From positions 1-64,000 of the forward strand of contig JBFRWI010000100.1 of assembly GCA_051439505.1 (NCBI GenBank): a stretch of 64,000 nucleotides of DNA, read 5' to 3'. Under the pieces are notes generated by a model that did no database searches, was not told the origin of the DNA, and saw only the letters and a program-made list of their open reading frames with translations. This stretch comes from Hormoscilla sp. (GTDB taxonomy: Bacteria > Cyanobacteriota > Cyanobacteriia > Cyanobacteriales > Desertifilaceae). A program made the translations under genes and the position numbers. Each line of letters opens with the position of its first letter. The stretch's first letter is position 1. Shown piece by piece: positions 59,756-64,000 of this stretch.

Positions 59756-60145
59756 CGTCGGTGGAATTGGGGCATAATATATTAAACATTTTTAACAGTA
59801 TCGGTAGGTGTACGGCATCGATAACATTGGGTTCCCAACCAAAAGATATATAACGCCGTACACCGGTTGTGCGAGGGGCGATCGTCTCTGGGGGCGATCG
59901 GGCATGGGGCCGGGGCACGGCGATAATAATATTGTCATTATTAGCGAAAGATTTCGGATGCCGTGCCCCTACAGAAATTGACGAACAATGGGGCGAGCGT
60001 CGGTGGGATTGGGGTACAATATGTTAAACATTTTTAACAGCATTGGTAGCTGTACGGCATCGATAACATTGGGTTCGCAACCGAAAATTATATAACGCCG
60101 TACACCGGTTGTGCGATGGGCGATCTCTTCTGGGGGCGATCGGGC
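59756..60145. repeat. Two ~148-bp direct repeats (offset 242) with internal GGTGTACGGC/GCCGTACACC stem
   Basis: 59756-59903 vs 59998-60145. Confidence 0.85.
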
Positions 60146-60243
60146 GGCGAGTTGAGACCAAGAGGGGGTGCGATGGAAACATGTGCGATCGCCTCTACAG
60201 GAATAGATCATGTATAATGGATAATTATCGTCGGTAATAAATC

Positions 60244-60699
60244 ATGAAAAACGCACTTGACATTGCTAGTTACTTCCTGCGCCGTGTAGACAGAGAGGCG
60301 GGGGATACCATTTCTCCCCTCAAGCTGCAAAAGTTGGTATATTACGCTCAAGCATGGAGTTTAGTATTGAGAAATAAACCTCTGTTTGAACAAGATATTG
60401 AAGCCTGGGTTTCTGGTCCAGTTGTGCGGGATGTATGGGATGAATATCTGGCTTATAAATATAGAGATATTCCCGCACCAGCAGATTTAGATATAGAATT
60501 GGCATCCGATGAAATAGATGTGCTAGAAGAAGTATGGAATGTTTATGGAGAATTGAGTGCTAAACGCCTTCAGGATCTGACAAAATCCGAAACCCCTTGG
60601 CTCAACGCTCGCCAAGGTTTGGAACCGGCGCAAAAATCAACGAATGTCATATCTCATGACGACATGAAGTCCTACTATGGGGAGTTTGTGGAAGCTTAG
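60244..60699 (+). CDS. Panacea/SocA (DUF4065) antitoxin
   Basis: LKLQKLVYYAQ, IEAWVSGPVV, T.SE.PW. Confidence 0.9.
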   Translation: MKNALDIASYFLRRVDREAGDTISPLKLQKLVYYAQAWSLVLRNKPLFEQDIEAWVSGPVVRDVWDEYLAYKYRDIPAPADLDIELASDEIDVLEEVWNVYGELSAKRLQDLTKSETPWLNARQGLEPAQKSTNVISHDDMKSYYGEFVEA

Positions 60700-60810
60700 G
60701 TGAGTAAAAAGCAGAAGATAAAAAAGCCCGCTCAGCAGAAAACAGTCAGGCAGATATCTGAGAAGGCGGTCGCCAAATTAACTGGTAGTACCGATGAGGA
60801 ACATCCTAGC
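60700..60810 (+). pseudogene. Truncated partner (putative toxin) gene
   Basis: MSKKQKIKK…STDEEHPS then REP at 60825; remainder of ORF overlaps pbpC. Confidence 0.5.
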
Positions 60811-60943
60811 TTAACAGACTCAATTAGGGTGGGCGGTGCCCAGCGGACATTTATTCATAATTATTCTGAAGGAAATCTAAAATATATTGCCAGAGGTGAA
60901 AAAAAAGGATACAGTCAAATTAGAGAGCAGCAGAGGTACGCAG

Positions 60944-63289
60944 ATGAGACAAAGAAGAAAATCATTCATCCAGAGAAAGGCAAAATTAAGGCATTGGTTC
61001 GGGCGCTGGCAGTTGCGCCTGTTCCTGGGGTTGCTTCTACTCTGCTTGACGGTACGCGCCCTCCCCTATATCGCCCCTATCCATAGCAGCGATATCGAAC
61101 AAAATCAACAGGCGATCGAGTTTACGGACCGCAACGGACTTGCTTTGGGAACTATTCTCACTCGCAACCAGGAAAATACCGCAGTGGTGAGTCTCTCCCA
61201 AGTATCGGATTATTTTATCGACGCGATTATCGCTGCTGAAGATCAGCGCTATTATCAACATGGGGCCCTGGATATGCAGGCGATCGCCCGTTCTTTGTTA
61301 GAAGCGATGCAAGCAAAGCAGATCGTCAGCGGTGCATCGACAATTACCATGCAATTGGCACGGATGCTAGACCCCAGTCCCCGCACCATCCCTAATAAAA
61401 TTCGGGAAGTTTGGCTGTCCTGGCGCTTAACTGCTGGCATGAGTAAAGCGGAAATTCTGGAAGCTTACATTAATAGATTGCCAATGGGTGGTAATATCTA
61501 TGGAGTAGAAGCAGCGGCCCGGACTTATTTCGGCATTCCCGCAGCAGACCTGAATTTGGCCCAAGCAACTCTCCTGGCAGCTATTCCTAACGATCCTACG
61601 GACCTCAATCCTTATAGTAATTGGCAAGGGTTGAAGCAACGACAAGCTTACGCGATCGATCGCCTGGTAGCAGACGAGTACATTACCCGCACGGAAGGCG
61701 ATCGGGCCTTGGCAGAAAAGATTTCTTTGCAACCGCGCGACAAAGGAATTATCGCCGCCCCCCATTTTCTGTTCTTTGTCGCCCAGCAACTCCATCAGCA
61801 GCATCCTGCTGTAGTGAAAACAACCATCGATCGCCCCTTGCAGCAGTTTGTGGAAGCGCAAGTGCAGCAAGTAATTGACGATCTGGAAGCCAATAACGTT
61901 GGCAATGCCGCTGCCTTAGTCATAGATAATCAGACTGGGGAAATTTTAGCCTATGTTGGTTCGGCAGATTACAATGATACTGGCAAGTTAGGTCGCAATG
62001 ATGGGGTGCAAGCTTTGCGACAACCGGGCAGTACCCTCAAACCTTTTCTCTACGAGTTTGCCTTAGAAAAACGTCTCATTCATCCCAATACGATCTTGGC
62101 AGACGTACCCACCCATTATCCCATTCCCGGTGCCAAACTCTACAGTCCTTTAGATTACAGCGAAACCTTTCACGGACCGGTACGAGTGCGCCTCGCCTTG
62201 GCCAATTCTTTGAATATTCCCGCAGTCCGCGTCTTGGAAAAAGTGGGAGTAGAAAATTTCCTTACCCGCCTGCATCAGCTAGGATTTTCACATCTGGACG
62301 AGTCTCCAGAATATTATGGTTTGGGGTTGGCCCTCGGTAGCGGCGAAGTCAGTCTCTGGGAGTTGGCCCGCGCCTACCTTACCCTCGCCCGAACAGGAGA
62401 TGCGATCGGGTTATCTGTTACCCCTATAGAAACCTCTGAGAAGCAAGAGATTGATGCTTCACCTAGGGGCCGATCGACAATGGCATTAATTGCAGATATG
62501 TTGAGTGACCCCCACGCCCGGGCGATCGAATTTGGCGTAGACTCGGTATTGAACTTGCCCTTCCCCGCAGCAGTGAAAACCGGGACATCTTCTAATTATC
62601 GGGATACCTGGACCGTAGGGTTTACTCAAGACTATACCGTGGCAACTTGGGTCGGGAATTTTAATGGCGATCGCATGGAAGAGGTATCTGGAGTCACGGG
62701 TGCAGCACCACTTTGGCGGCGGATTATGCTACACTTACATGAAACTTCCGAACCGCCAGCATTTCCCCCACCCGAACATCTCGTAACTCGACCGATCTGC
62801 GCCCTTTCCGGGTTGCGACCGACTCCCGCCTGTCCTGCTGTCGTGCGAGAATATTTCTATCCTGAAGACTTGGCCGAGTACGATCGCCATCTCGACAGTT
62901 TCTATCAGCTAGTATCTTCCGAAAGTGGCGATCGCGAATATCGGATCGACTTGCCTCCAGAATACGACGAATGGGTCGCCATGCAGCAGGCCCCCGCTTT
63001 ATTTGCCAGGGACTTAAAAATTGTCTCCCCTCGGAATGGAGATGTTTTCTTGCTAGAACCTGCGTCCCGGGTCGAGTTCAAACTTGCTGGCCTAGAGGAT
63101 GAAGCTGTAGAATGGTGGTTAAACGGGAAAAAACTTGCCAGGGGACCGGAACATCATTTATTCTGGTCATTGCAACCCGGTAACTGGACCTTGCAAGTGA
63201 AAGCTGGAGAAAAAAGCGATCGGGTGAATTTTGAGGTCCTGTTGGCCGAACATCGACCCACACCCCGGGGCTTTTCGATCGGCAATTAG
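60944..63289 (+). CDS. pbpC: Penicillin-binding protein 1C
   Basis: EDQRYYQH, GASTITMQ, STLK, SLN, KTGT, C-terminal BiPBP domain. Confidence 0.92.
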   Translation: MRQRRKSFIQRKAKLRHWFGRWQLRLFLGLLLLCLTVRALPYIAPIHSSDIEQNQQAIEFTDRNGLALGTILTRNQENTAVVSLSQVSDYFIDAIIAAEDQRYYQHGALDMQAIARSLLEAMQAKQIVSGASTITMQLARMLDPSPRTIPNKIREVWLSWRLTAGMSKAEILEAYINRLPMGGNIYGVEAAARTYFGIPAADLNLAQATLLAAIPNDPTDLNPYSNWQGLKQRQAYAIDRLVADEYITRTEGDRALAEKISLQPRDKGIIAAPHFLFFVAQQLHQQHPAVVKTTIDRPLQQFVEAQVQQVIDDLEANNVGNAAALVIDNQTGEILAYVGSADYNDTGKLGRNDGVQALRQPGSTLKPFLYEFALEKRLIHPNTILADVPTHYPIPGAKLYSPLDYSETFHGPVRVRLALANSLNIPAVRVLEKVGVENFLTRLHQLGFSHLDESPEYYGLGLALGSGEVSLWELARAYLTLARTGDAIGLSVTPIETSEKQEIDASPRGRSTMALIADMLSDPHARAIEFGVDSVLNLPFPAAVKTGTSSNYRDTWTVGFTQDYTVATWVGNFNGDRMEEVSGVTGAAPLWRRIMLHLHETSEPPAFPPPEHLVTRPICALSGLRPTPACPAVVREYFYPEDLAEYDRHLDSFYQLVSSESGDREYRIDLPPEYDEWVAMQQAPALFARDLKIVSPRNGDVFLLEPASRVEFKLAGLEDEAVEWWLNGKKLARGPEHHLFWSLQPGNWTLQVKAGEKSDRVNFEVLLAEHRPTPRGFSIGN

Positions 63290-63481
63290 ATCCCGGAATG
63301 CCAGAATTAAGAAACCCGGTTTTTCGGGAAAACCGGGTTTCTGGGTACCGAGGCGATCGGCAATTTTATCAGCGTACAGTCGTAGGTTGGGTTTCGTGCG
63401 GAAACCCAACCCGCGATATGTTGTTGGCGCTGGACTTGTTGGGTAACTTTCGACAACCCAACCTACGAATGTCTTTATCAA

Positions 63482-63526
63482 CTACGAACCTCGGCAAACC
63501 CTATCGAGTAAATATTGATAACTCAT
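63482..63526 (-). pseudogene. vapC stub (MSYQYLLD then REP-derived stop)
   Basis: ATGA overlap with the vapB stop; YLLD is the typical PIN N-terminus. Confidence 0.6.
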
Positions 63527-63807
63527 CCGTCAGCACTCAAGCAAATATCATCAAGTGGTGGTAGGCATCCATCCACATCTGGGAACGAATCCGGAACATC
63601 TTTTAGAGTTTTGAGCAAAGCGAGGAGAGAGGTGGTGGGTACGGGTTCAATAATTAAACGATCGCCCTCTTTCCGGAAAGTCACTTCTGTATTCGGTAAG
63701 CTAAACTCCGAGGGGATTGTCAATACTTGATTGTGACCGTTCTTGCCTAAATAAACATGGTAGGACTCGTGCATTTTTTCCTCTTCTAACCAAAACTTAC
63801 CTTCCAT
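63523..63807 (-). CDS. VapB/AbrB-type antitoxin
   Basis: KNGHNQVLTIPSEF, RKEGDRLIIEP. Confidence 0.85.
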   Translation of the reverse strand: MEGKFWLEEEKMHESYHVYLGKNGHNQVLTIPSEFSLPNTEVTFRKEGDRLIIEPVPTTSLLALLKTLKDVPDSFPDVDGCLPPLDDICLSADG

Positions 63808-63857
63808 AGCTTCACCTTCTTAATTTTTAGGAGAATGGGCAAATGCTAAAGCGTTTA

Positions 63858-64000
63858 CTACGAACCCTGGATCTTCGATCGCACTTTTTCTATCTGCTCC
63901 ATAAAATATTCTGAATCGACTTTCAACTCGGAAGCTAACCCTAATCCATCATTAAATGCTTCTAATGCTTCCTCATATTCTTCTTGACTTACATGAATCT
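63858..64000 (-). CDS. 3' end of a gene (TPR-like helix), partial
   Basis: IHVSQEEYEEALEAFNDGL…KIQGS*. Confidence 0.55.
   Translation of the reverse strand, partial: IHVSQEEYEEALEAFNDGLGLASELKVDSEYFMEQIEKVRSKIQGS

Noticed and set aside
59807..60110. tRNA-like sequence (GGTTCG)
   Set aside because: No cloverleaf or D/anticodon arms

Overview
Chromosomal window of a filamentous cyanobacterium. Evidence: very dense HIP1 octamer GCGATCGC, petC-petA, acsF, an ndhV-like gene, an hpsP-like glycosyltransferase and heptamer STRR repeats; an Oscillatoriales-like host is my inference. Housekeeping genes (cobH, cobL, dprA, queG, tldD/tldE, tex, typA, trmB, pbpC, a NarL-RR/REC-GAF-PP2C/RsbW partner-switch module, a Pho-box-controlled giant phosphatase) alternate with small accessory islets bounded by GTAG-type REPs, MITEs and HIP1 clusters. 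Most notable: (1) an unannotated ~200-nt minus-strand structured RNA candidate with its own near-consensus sigma70 promoter (11164-11412); (2) a chimeric locus built from a duplicated Pho-box promoter plus two copies of the PP2C phosphatase receiver domain, both lacking the beta4 Thr (6232-7712); (3) a series of toxin-antitoxin or toxin-immunity islets in which the toxin is cut while the partner stays intact, plus a repeat-flanked Ntox34-like toxin/HEAT cassette; (4) an HTH-STAND ATPase divergent from small hydrophobic peptides across a 10-bp-phased repeat array; (5) identical 24-nt in-frame insertions into HIP1 sites of unrelated genes; (6) a 21-bp palindromic tandem array with flipped loops; (7) a tnpA-less IS607-like TnpB element. 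No rRNA, tRNA or CRISPR array was seen. Family names come from motif recognition, not database searches.
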